Positions 37,848 to 46,233 of a stretch of 64,000 nt of DNA are shown here, piece by piece. The DNA is from Candidatus Hydrogenedentota bacterium. GTDB taxonomy: Bacteria > Hydrogenedentota > Hydrogenedentia > Hydrogenedentales > JAEUWI01. Under the pieces are notes generated by a model that saw nothing but the letters and a program-made list of their open reading frames with translations, ran no database searches and had not been told where the DNA came from. Within the stretch, counting starts at the first letter, position 1; each line of letters starts with the position of its first letter. The DNA lies in NCBI GenBank assembly GCA_034669905.1, contig JAXMOL010000021.1, positions 58,315 to 122,314 on the forward strand. The letters are read 5' to 3'. Position numbers and translations under genes: made by a program.

Positions 37848-38534
37848 CTATTTGTTTTTCGGTCCGGGGATTTCCCAGGTTTCACCGGGGAGGGCCAGGT
37901 ATTCCATTTCAAGACCTGACTGGGCACCGATGACGCGCACCAGACGAAGGAGACTCTTTCCTTCGGCATCCGCATAGAATTCTTCGCCTTCACGCACGCG
38001 AAAAGTCTCTACGCTACGGGTCTTGGGGTCCATGACGTCGAGGAAAGAAAGGAGGTCCTCATCACCGATGGTCGCGAATCCGGTGCAAACTACGATGGGT
38101 CGGGCCATCATCAGGTCTGAGCGGGTGCGCAGGGTGGTGTACACCTGACTATCGGGACGAAGGATCTTGTAGACATCGAGAAGGGCGTCCACCGCGAACC
38201 ACTGTTCGGATTTCTTGGCCGTCTTAATGTAATTGGAGACGTCTTTTTCGATCTTCGTGCGGGCTTCGGGCTCGTTAATTTCGCGCTCGGAGGAATACTG
38301 GCTTCGGGCGGAATTAAATTGGCTGATAATGGGGGTCTTCATGCCATAGCCGAAAACGGCATTGGGGGCAGCGGCACTGAAAAGTGGCTGCAGGGCCGCT
38401 TTGTAGTCGCTGTAGATTTCCTGGGTGGTCTTCGGGGGAGGGGGTTCTGCAGCAGGGGGTGTGGGCTCTTCTTTTTTGCAACCGGCGAGAAGGGCCAGCA
38501 TCACAACGGTCATGCCGTAAAGATATTTCGTCAT
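37848..38534 (-). CDS. Hypothetical lipoprotein
   Basis: Lipobox LLAGC after a hydrophobic leader, then a Pro-rich linker; RBS aggag. Confidence 0.8.
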   Translation of the reverse strand: MTKYLYGMTVVMLALLAGCKKEEPTPPAAEPPPPKTTQEIYSDYKAALQPLFSAAAPNAVFGYGMKTPIISQFNSARSQYSSEREINEPEARTKIEKDVSNYIKTAKKSEQWFAVDALLDVYKILRPDSQVYTTLRTRSDLMMARPIVVCTGFATIGDEDLLSFLDVMDPKTRSVETFRVREGEEFYADAEGKSLLRLVRVIGAQSGLEMEYLALPGETWEIPGPKNK

Positions 38535-38758
38535 TGGGGGGGCTCCTGTAAAAGTGTCCAATTCAAATTGATATTACCACAGGAATCTGAAGGCTTACAA
38601 ACATCGTTCCGTAAAAATCTTGCATACGTGACATTTGAGGAGAACGTAACTTTGCGGCGCTTACATAATCACGTAGAGTTCGCCATCCTGCGCTCATTTT
38701 TGTATAATGGGCTCTGTAGACCGGTAATTGGGGTAGTCTAACCAACAGGAAGTTACGA

Positions 38759-39694
38759 ATGAGCAGAATTCTACTGGTAGATGACGATGTGGATCTCTCT
38801 GAGCTTATCAAGACTAAGCTGAATGCCGAGGGACATGATACCCACGTCATTAATACCGGGGAGGGGGCCTTCGAATTCGCTAAGAAGGTTAAGCCGGATA
38901 TTTCCATCCTGGACATTATGTTGCCGGGGGTTACGGGGTATCAGATTTGTCGGCGGATGCGGAAAGATCCGGAACTTTATAAACACGCCATCCTGGTCTT
39001 GACGGCCCTGGGCGAGGAACCGGAGATCCTTCACGGGCTCGAGCAGGGGGCCGATGACTACCTGGTCAAGCCCTTCAAGCTGGAACGCTTGATGGACAAG
39101 ATCGCTTCGTTGAATGCCTTGACGGCCTCCCTTTCCAATCGCAACCGGGTGACCAATCTTCCGGGTACCGATGCCATCAAGCGGGAAATAAACCACCTGC
39201 TCGCCCGGGACTCGGCCATTGCCGTGGCGTACATCGACGTGATCGGTTACAAGGCCTATTGTGCCAGCCGGGGTGCCGATGGCCAGCAACAGGCGCTCGA
39301 ATTCATGTCGCGCCTGCTCATTGGCCTGACCCGGGATATGGGCTTCTACGAAAGTTTTGTCGCCCATATGGGAGGCGAGCATTTCGTTGTATCGCTGAAA
39401 CTGGAAGATCACGAGCGGTTTTCCTCGAATCTGGCCGACCAATTTGACCGTCAGGTTCAGTCCCTCTATACGACGGAAGAGGTGTCCAAGGGCTATATCA
39501 AGGCCATCGATCGCCACAATAAGGAGGTGCGCTGCAAACTGATGGCCCTCTCTATCGGCGTGGCGCACACCCAGTTTCGCTACTTCAAGAGCGCGAAGAA
39601 AGTCTTTGAAGTGCTTGCCCAGGTTCGTCAGATGGCCCATCCCAAAGATGGTCGCAGCACGGTGTTTGTGGATCGTCGTCGGAGCGACCGTTAG
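38759..39694 (+). CDS. Response regulator (REC) plus degenerate GGDEF-like domain
   Basis: ILLVDDD, ILDIMLP, LTA, KPF; TNLPG, AHMGGEHF. Confidence 0.85.
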   Translation: MSRILLVDDDVDLSELIKTKLNAEGHDTHVINTGEGAFEFAKKVKPDISILDIMLPGVTGYQICRRMRKDPELYKHAILVLTALGEEPEILHGLEQGADDYLVKPFKLERLMDKIASLNALTASLSNRNRVTNLPGTDAIKREINHLLARDSAIAVAYIDVIGYKAYCASRGADGQQQALEFMSRLLIGLTRDMGFYESFVAHMGGEHFVVSLKLEDHERFSSNLADQFDRQVQSLYTTEEVSKGYIKAIDRHNKEVRCKLMALSIGVAHTQFRYFKSAKKVFEVLAQVRQMAHPKDGRSTVFVDRRRSDR

Positions 39695-39711
39695 CGGTCG
39701 GGGTTGCTGCG

Positions 39712-40203
39712 ATGCGCTATATTGCGCTGCTGGCAGGGTTCATTGGCCTGCTGTTTGTCGTGGTGGCCTACCTCGCGGGTGGGCAGACCCTGTCTCCCGA
39801 GGAACTTCTTCGTCGGTGTGCAGCGTCTCAGCCCGCCTGGAACGGTTACCAGGAAGACATCAAGGAAATCGGCGCGGGCCCGGTTGCACAATGGCAAGGC
39901 AGGCCCGTGTCTCTCCGTGTCGCTGGTAAAACCGTCTACCTGACCGTTGCGCTTGAGGCACCCTGGGCGGAGTGGGAAGCGGCCTTACCCCTGCTGATGA
40001 AGACGCCCGAGGGCCAGGTATATCGCCAGGTGCGCTATCGCCATGAGGCAGGGGAGTGCGTCTATGAGTTCGACGCCTTAAGCACCGATGTTTCCACCTT
40101 GCCTCCATGGCTCGACATCCAATATCCTCACACCCGAAAACGGTTGTACCTGGATGGTGCGGGGCGCTGGCACGCCGCCGAAACGTCCGCAATAACGCGC
40201 TAA
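39712..40203 (+). CDS. Hypothetical exported/membrane-anchored protein
   Basis: N-terminal hydrophobic segment; co-oriented within the run of genes. Confidence 0.7.
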   Translation: MRYIALLAGFIGLLFVVVAYLAGGQTLSPEELLRRCAASQPAWNGYQEDIKEIGAGPVAQWQGRPVSLRVAGKTVYLTVALEAPWAEWEAALPLLMKTPEGQVYRQVRYRHEAGECVYEFDALSTDVSTLPPWLDIQYPHTRKRLYLDGAGRWHAAETSAITR

Positions 40204-40227
40204 CGGGCAGGGGAGCTTGAGTCGGGT

Positions 40228-40914
40228 ATGAATAAGGCGGAGCGGCTTTTCCAACTGGTCATGTCCCTGCGGCGTACGCGCAGTACCACGGCACACCAAT
40301 TGGCCCGCGAACTGAATGTCTCTGAGCGGACCATTTATAGGGATGTACAGTCTCTTATACTTTCCGGTGTGCCCATCGAGGGCGAGGCCGGGGTGGGTTA
40401 TGTGTTGCGGCGGGATTTCGACTTGCCGCCCCTCATGTTCAGCAACGAAGAGGCCGAAGCCCTCTTGCTGGGCGTGCGGATGGTCCAGGCCTGGGGAGAC
40501 CCCCAGTTGGAACGTGCCGCACGGGGCGTGCTGGACAAAGTGCGTGCCGTATCGCCTCCGCGTCTGTTGGAATCGCTTGACAGCAAGACGATGTTGGTGC
40601 CGGATTTTCACGTGAGTCCGGAGGTGCGGTTGAAGCTCGGGCAAGTACGCGAAGGAATCATTCAACGTCGAAAACTACAGTTTCATTACACCCGGGCCGA
40701 TGGGGAGAACGCCCTTCGGCGGGTCCGTCCACTGGGATTGTTTTTCTGGGGTACGACCTGGTCTTTCGGGGCCTGGTGCGAGCTGCGAAATGCTTTCCGT
40801 AATTTTCGGGTGGACCGGATGGGGGCGATGGAATTAACCGATATTTCTTTTAACCAAGAGCCAGGCAAAACATTGGATGACTACCTGCGTGGCGTCCAGA
40901 CAGAGGAATGTTAG
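40228..40914 (+). CDS. YafY-family HTH-WYL transcriptional regulator (short, lacks WCX)
   Basis: LARELNVSERTIYRDV, GEAGVGY, LPPLMF, WCELRNAFRNFRVDRM. Confidence 0.92.
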   Translation: MNKAERLFQLVMSLRRTRSTTAHQLARELNVSERTIYRDVQSLILSGVPIEGEAGVGYVLRRDFDLPPLMFSNEEAEALLLGVRMVQAWGDPQLERAARGVLDKVRAVSPPRLLESLDSKTMLVPDFHVSPEVRLKLGQVREGIIQRRKLQFHYTRADGENALRRVRPLGLFFWGTTWSFGAWCELRNAFRNFRVDRMGAMELTDISFNQEPGKTLDDYLRGVQTEEC

Positions 40915-40915
40915 T

Positions 40916-42274
40916 ATGCGAATTCGAAATGTTAGCGTAGTGTTAGCGATGGCGGTGGTGGCATCTTTCGGGACTTCGGTCTCCGCGGAAGATGGAAAGG
41001 GGCCCAAGAATGTCATCCTCATGGTGGGGGATGGTATGGGTTTTGCCCAGGTGGAATCAGCGGGGTTGTATCACCACGGGAAACCGGATGGCCAGCCCTA
41101 CTGGCAGTTCCAGCCCCTGGCCGCCACGACCTATTCCAACAGTGGCAAGGGCTATGACCCCGAAGCCGCTGCGAAGGATTTTGACTATGTGCGTAAGGAC
41201 CCGACGGACTCCGCCGCCGCGGCGACGACCCTCTCCACGGGGGTCAAGACGCTGAATAAGCGCGTCGGGGTGGACGCGGAGGGAAAGCCCCTTCGTCATC
41301 TCTATCAGGATGCGGAAGCCATGGGGAAATCTACTGGTGTGTTGAGCACGGTCTACCTGAGCCATGCGACACCGGCATCTTTCACGACCTTCGGGAAGTC
41401 TCGCAATGATGTGGAGGAATTGGCCCTCGACATGATCACCAACAGTAGTCTGGACTTGCTGATTGGTGCGGGCCATCCGTGGTTTGATGATGACGGAAAA
41501 CAGGTGGGTGGCCTGGGAGACAAGCCCTATAAGACCGAGGGCAGTTACGATCGAATCGGCGGCGAAGCGCTTTGGCGCGCGATTCAGGAAGGCAAGGCGG
41601 GTGGTGATGCCGATGGCGACGGAAAAGCCGACCCCTGGAAACTCATTGACGATCTGGCGGGATTTGAAGCGCTGGCAAAGGGCGATGGTGATGCCGGGCG
41701 TGTGCTGGGCATTTTGCCCGTGGCTTCGACCCTGCAGGCCAACCGAGGGGGTGATAAGAAGGCGGGGCCCTATGAAGTGCCGGCAACGCCCAACCTTCCG
41801 AGTATGGCCCTGCTGATGGACGGTGCCTTAAATGTGCTCTCCAGGGATCCCGATGGGTTTTTCCTCATGGCCGAGGGTGGTGCTATCGACTGGGCGGGCC
41901 ATTCGAATGCCTTTGGACGCCTGATCGAAGAACAGCACGACTTCGATCTGGCCATTGAGGCGGTCGTGGCCTGGGTGGAAAAGCACAGCAGCTGGGAAGA
42001 CACGCTCCTGATTATTACGGCGGACCACGAGACCGGCTATCTCTGCGGTCCCGGCTCTGATCCGGAGTTAAAGCCCCTCGAAGGCCATGGTAAGGGGGCT
42101 ACCCCCGGCTTCCAGTGGAACACGGGAAGCCACACCAACCAGGTGGTCCCGGTCTTTGCAAAAGGCAAGGGCGCGGAGAAGTTGCTGGATGCCGTAAAGG
42201 GCACGGATTCTCGCCGCGGACCGTATATTGACAACACGGACATACCCAAGACCATCCGGGCCGTCTGGCGCTGA
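40916..42274 (+). CDS. phoA: Alkaline phosphatase (PhoA family), secreted
   Basis: KNVILMVGDGMG, TDSAAAAT, HATPAS, FFLMAEGGAIDWAGH, TADHETG, SHT. Confidence 0.9.
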   Translation: MRIRNVSVVLAMAVVASFGTSVSAEDGKGPKNVILMVGDGMGFAQVESAGLYHHGKPDGQPYWQFQPLAATTYSNSGKGYDPEAAAKDFDYVRKDPTDSAAAATTLSTGVKTLNKRVGVDAEGKPLRHLYQDAEAMGKSTGVLSTVYLSHATPASFTTFGKSRNDVEELALDMITNSSLDLLIGAGHPWFDDDGKQVGGLGDKPYKTEGSYDRIGGEALWRAIQEGKAGGDADGDGKADPWKLIDDLAGFEALAKGDGDAGRVLGILPVASTLQANRGGDKKAGPYEVPATPNLPSMALLMDGALNVLSRDPDGFFLMAEGGAIDWAGHSNAFGRLIEEQHDFDLAIEAVVAWVEKHSSWEDTLLIITADHETGYLCGPGSDPELKPLEGHGKGATPGFQWNTGSHTNQVVPVFAKGKGAEKLLDAVKGTDSRRGPYIDNTDIPKTIRAVWR

Positions 42275-42361
42275 TTGGAACAAAATGAATAGATGGGACG
42301 GGATGTGCGTCTTAGGTGTATATCGATTTATGGACGTAACCCAATCAAGGAGGATAACCCC

Positions 42362-42487
42362 ATGAAACATGTACGCCCTATTTCTGTAGCCAAAGCCAGT
42401 GACCCCTTTGGTGCCATCTTTTTGCAGGTCTGGTTGACCGCCTTTGTCACGCTCTTGAGCGGGGCCTTTGGCGCGTCGAAAGACTGA
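42362..42487 (+). CDS. 41-aa peptide MKHVRPISVAKASDPFGAIFLQVWLTAFVTLLSGAFGASKD
   Basis: Perfect AAGGAGG RBS; basic leader followed by a hydrophobic helix; double stop TGATAA. Confidence 0.7.
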   Translation: MKHVRPISVAKASDPFGAIFLQVWLTAFVTLLSGAFGASKD

Positions 42488-42571
42488 TAAACCCGCTTAG
42501 TCTCTAGAGACACTGCGCCCGTGACGCTCCTCATTCCAAGTACGTCGCGGGCGCAGTTGTATTTTTGGGGG

Positions 42572-43942
42572 CTATCGGAGCAAGGGGGCGATACCATCCA
42601 TCAAAATCTGCTCGACCGCGGGGCCACAGTGGGCCACGTATTTGGCCGTCTCATAGCCCCCTTGGCCGTAGGAAATTTCGGTGCCGATATAGCCGGGGCC
42701 GTAGTCCCCATAGGCGGCGACACAGACCATACTTTCCGGGGCCATATCCTGGGCGTTGAGTTGGTACTCCACGAAGAGCTCGCCGGGCAAGTGAAGTAAT
42801 TGTACCGTGCCGATGCGCAGGCGGCTCAGCACGATGGGGTCTTCCGGGGTGCGGCGATTCATCCAGGCCAATTCCATGGCCGACCGCAGGCGCTCCCCGT
42901 CTTTGGCCGCCTCGTTGGACAGGAGTTTTTCTTCGTAGTTCCGATCGATGTCGTCCCGTCCCGGGAGTATCACTGCCTGGGTTTTCCAGTCCAGGGTGGT
43001 CTCGTCGATGGCAACCTTTTTCGCATTCTGCCAGGCACGTTCCATGCCTTCTTCGAGCTTTTTCGCCAGTACCGGGCGATTCTCTGGGGAGCCATCGTTC
43101 CATTTACCTGCACCGAGATTGCCTCCGGCGCCATTGAAGTGAACGTGGAGGACGCCCGGCAGGGTATTCTCGCGGGCCTGGCGGGCCATGCCCACAAAAT
43201 CGGTTGTTACGTGCCCTTTGCCATAGTGGCTTTGCGGATGGGTCGCGTAATAGGTGAGGACGGCCAGCGGGATTTCGCCATCCCAGAAGCTGACCGATTT
43301 AAGGAACGGGTCTATGGTGCCCACCGGCTCCGCACGGACAGCGGGATCGCCGGTGGCGGTCCAGCGGGTCACGCGCACCTTGCCTGCGGCGTCCAGAATG
43401 CGTCGGTTGGAGGCAACCTGCTTGACGACGCCTTCGCCTGCGGCGATATGGGTCACGGGCTGTCGGGTTGCAAGGGAGTCCGCGACGGCACGTGCTGTAT
43501 TGGCAATGGCCGTCCGTGCAAAGGGCACATCAAACATTTCGCCTCCCAGACCAATACCTTCGGCCAGCGTCTCCGCGCTGAAGTCGCAGAAGGGGGCGTC
43601 GTGCTGGTGAAGCACATGAACGGAGACCCGGTGGACGTCGGTAGAGGCTGCGTCGGCCAGTGCCTTTCGCCAGGCCCGGTAGCCGTCATTGCCGATACCG
43701 ACCCAGTCCACCGCACAGAGGACGATGGGCTTTTCGCCGTCGGGGAAAAAGACGACGCCCCGCGCGCTCAAGGGGTCGGTGACGGATTCAACGGGGGGGA
43801 CGCCCCCGCCACACAGGGGCGTGCCCCGTGGCGGAGTGACGTCGGTATTGAAGGTGGCGATGGAAAACCCCGCAAAAGCGGGGCTTGCCAAAACCAGAAG
43901 GACTACACAGGTCCAATAGGGCATACGAAATAGGGCGTGCAT
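42572..43942 (-). CDS. Secreted hypothetical protein, neutral/alkaline ceramidase-like fold
   Basis: Signal peptide; DVTPP, HQHDAP, YATHPQS, GAGGN, LPGELFVEYQL, YGPGYI. Confidence 0.75.
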   Translation of the reverse strand: MHALFRMPYWTCVVLLVLASPAFAGFSIATFNTDVTPPRGTPLCGGGVPPVESVTDPLSARGVVFFPDGEKPIVLCAVDWVGIGNDGYRAWRKALADAASTDVHRVSVHVLHQHDAPFCDFSAETLAEGIGLGGEMFDVPFARTAIANTARAVADSLATRQPVTHIAAGEGVVKQVASNRRILDAAGKVRVTRWTATGDPAVRAEPVGTIDPFLKSVSFWDGEIPLAVLTYYATHPQSHYGKGHVTTDFVGMARQARENTLPGVLHVHFNGAGGNLGAGKWNDGSPENRPVLAKKLEEGMERAWQNAKKVAIDETTLDWKTQAVILPGRDDIDRNYEEKLLSNEAAKDGERLRSAMELAWMNRRTPEDPIVLSRLRIGTVQLLHLPGELFVEYQLNAQDMAPESMVCVAAYGDYGPGYIGTEISYGQGGYETAKYVAHCGPAVEQILMDGIAPLLR

Positions 43943-43947
43943 GGGGC

Positions 43948-44499
43948 TTACATCATCTTCATGTAGCCAGCGAGCATGACGATAATCATGCCCATGGCGA
44001 TGGTGATGCCGAGCCAGAGCTTGGAGTTCTTCTGCAGTTTCTGGGAGACCGATTTGGTGCCCGCCAGCATGGAAGCGAGGGCGAAGACCGCCATAGCCAA
44101 CAAGAATTTGATACCAAAGAGCATGTGGTATTGGGATTGTCCCTCATGTTCGAACCGGGTGACCATGAGGAAATTGTAGAAGCCGCTCAGAATCAGGAGG
44201 GTAAACAGAATGGGCATGATTTTACGCCACCGTCCCATCACACCTTGACGCAATTTTTCGTGGGTTTCGCCGTCCAGGCTTTCATTGGCGGCGGGCATCA
44301 AGACCGCGCGGAGATAGAAAGCACCGCCCAGCAGGAAGATGGCACCAAAGACATGGAGCCAGCGGCTGATAAGGGGGACGAGGCCGGTGGCGGCCTCCGC
44401 CGTCGCATTGGCCACGGCTTCTTCCTGGGCACTGGCGAGAAGGGGGACGGCGAGTGCGGTGGCTACAAGTATGGGCGTAAATTTTGACGAGAATCGCAT
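43948..44499 (-). CDS. 4-TM membrane protein (CopD/DUF4149-like) with a signal peptide
   Basis: RWLHVFGAIFLLGG, LILSGFYN, YHMLFGIKFLLA. Confidence 0.7.
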   Translation of the reverse strand: MRFSSKFTPILVATALAVPLLASAQEEAVANATAEAATGLVPLISRWLHVFGAIFLLGGAFYLRAVLMPAANESLDGETHEKLRQGVMGRWRKIMPILFTLLILSGFYNFLMVTRFEHEGQSQYHMLFGIKFLLAMAVFALASMLAGTKSVSQKLQKNSKLWLGITIAMGMIIVMLAGYMKMM

Positions 44500-44719
44500 G
44501 GTGGTAACATCCTGTTTGGGGTCTGAAGGAATTGGTTTTTGGGGAATGCTAAGCATACCCCTCCTGACGAAGTGCCTGCAAGCATTCCCCTGCAAATGTG
44601 CCTCCTGGGGGCGCATCGATGCTCCACGCGGCTTGACCCGGTCGGGAGGCAGGCGCTAGAGTAACAAATCCTACGTTGTTTTTCCGGGCCTTCGTGCTGG
44701 AATTATCAGGAGAGTTACC

Positions 44720-45604
44720 ATGCGACATTGTGTAATCGCGGTCTTGGCCTTGGTCCTGTCGACCCTTGGTGCCGTTCGTGCCGCGGCCGAAGACAAAACG
44801 AAAATCGTATTTATTGCCGGAGCTCCGAGCCATGCGCCCGGCGATCATGAGCACCGGGCCGGGAGCATGCTGCTCGCCAACAGCCTGAATAAGCACATGC
44901 CCAACGTCGAGGCGGTGGTTACCTACTATGGGTGGCCGGAAGATACGAGCATTTTCGACGGGGCTTCCTCGGTTGTGATTTATTGCGACGGCGGTGCCCG
45001 TCACGTCTTGAACAAGAATCTGGAGTTCTTCCAGGGGTTGATGGATAAGGGCGTGGGGCTCACTTGTCTTCACTACGCCGTGGAGACGACGAAGGGCGAA
45101 TGCGGCGACAAGTTCCTGGAGTGGTTGGGTGGCTATTTCGAACCCCACTGGTCGGTGAACCCCCATTGGACCGCCAACTACACAACCTTGCCACCCCACG
45201 CGATCACGTCGGGCGTCACGCCCTTTGAGATTAATGACGAGTGGTACTTTCACATGCGTTTTGTGGACGGGATGGAGGGCGTTACGCCGATATTGACTAC
45301 CTTGCCGCCCAAGTCGACCATGGCCCGGGAAGATGGGCCGCACAGTGGCAATCCCCATGTGCGGGAAGCCATCGCCAACGGGGTGGAGCAGCACATGGCC
45401 TGGGCGTATGAGCGCCCCGGTGGTGGTCGTAGCTTCGGGTTTACGGGGGCGCACTATCACAAGAGCTGGCAGGATGATGATTTCCGCACGCTGGTCTTGA
45501 ATGCCATCGTCTGGACGGCGGGGCTGGAGGTGCCAGAAGGAGGCGTGCCTTCGGCTACCCCCACGGACGAAGAGATGAAGGCCAATCTAGACGACAAGGG
45601 ATAA
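44720..45604 (+). CDS. ThuA-like (class I GAT fold) secreted protein
   Basis: KIVFIAGAPSHAPGDHEH, CLHYAV, DEWYFHMRF, AWAYERPGGGRSFGFTGAH. Confidence 0.85.
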   Translation: MRHCVIAVLALVLSTLGAVRAAAEDKTKIVFIAGAPSHAPGDHEHRAGSMLLANSLNKHMPNVEAVVTYYGWPEDTSIFDGASSVVIYCDGGARHVLNKNLEFFQGLMDKGVGLTCLHYAVETTKGECGDKFLEWLGGYFEPHWSVNPHWTANYTTLPPHAITSGVTPFEINDEWYFHMRFVDGMEGVTPILTTLPPKSTMAREDGPHSGNPHVREAIANGVEQHMAWAYERPGGGRSFGFTGAHYHKSWQDDDFRTLVLNAIVWTAGLEVPEGGVPSATPTDEEMKANLDDKG

Positions 45605-45630
45605 GCACTACGATTGAAATTGATATGGAT

Positions 45631-45666
45631 GCCCGACGCGGGGTTGATTCGCGTCGGGCTTTTTTT
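45631..45666 (+). terminator. Intrinsic terminator
   Basis: gcccgacgcg...cgcgtcgggc followed by T7. Confidence 0.85.
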
Positions 45667-45755
45667 GTGTTGGGTTGAACATATGCCCTTTCGAGCCGTT
45701 AGACAAGTAGATACTCCTGCGGGAATAGTTTTCGCGGGAAGACGGGAGATTGGTC

Positions 45756-46205
45756 ATGGCACGTTACGGATTGGTCGGTATGTTGGTGTGGGCAAGTTGC
45801 TTTACCCTGGCGGAGGAAAAAGTCACCGAGGTAGAGAAACAGGAAGTTTCCGTAGTCCTCTTGGGCACGGTTGTTCCGCTCTATCCCATGCCCGAGGCGG
45901 ATGAGGCACAGGGGGTGTCTCCGATTATTCGGGATTTGAACGCTTTCGCGGTGCATGAAGTGGTAAAGGAATCCGCGAACCATGTCAACGCCAAGGCGGA
46001 CACGGTATTGGTCATTGTGCCAGGTAGGGGGAGTGAGGGGCTTTGGCGGGGTGATACCCATCGTGGTGCGGATGTGGAGCTCACGGGGCGGTGGAACAAA
46101 CGGACCCATCAGGTCCATGTGGAGCGATTCGAAGTCCGAGACCCTGTAGACTGGCGGGATGTTACGCTCGATGCGGGCACCATCACGCTGCAGCAGGAAT
46201 TGTAA
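45756..46205 (+). CDS. Hypothetical secreted protein
   Basis: RBS gggag; signal peptide ending CFTLA. Confidence 0.6.
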   Translation: MARYGLVGMLVWASCFTLAEEKVTEVEKQEVSVVLLGTVVPLYPMPEADEAQGVSPIIRDLNAFAVHEVVKESANHVNAKADTVLVIVPGRGSEGLWRGDTHRGADVELTGRWNKRTHQVHVERFEVRDPVDWRDVTLDAGTITLQQEL

Positions 46206-46233
46206 GGGACTGTCGCTTGCGACCGCAACGCGC

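Noticed and set aside
40228..40914. WYL protein as a marker of a defence island
   Set aside because: It is the common YafY type, and no nuclease, RM, CBASS or cas genes are nearby
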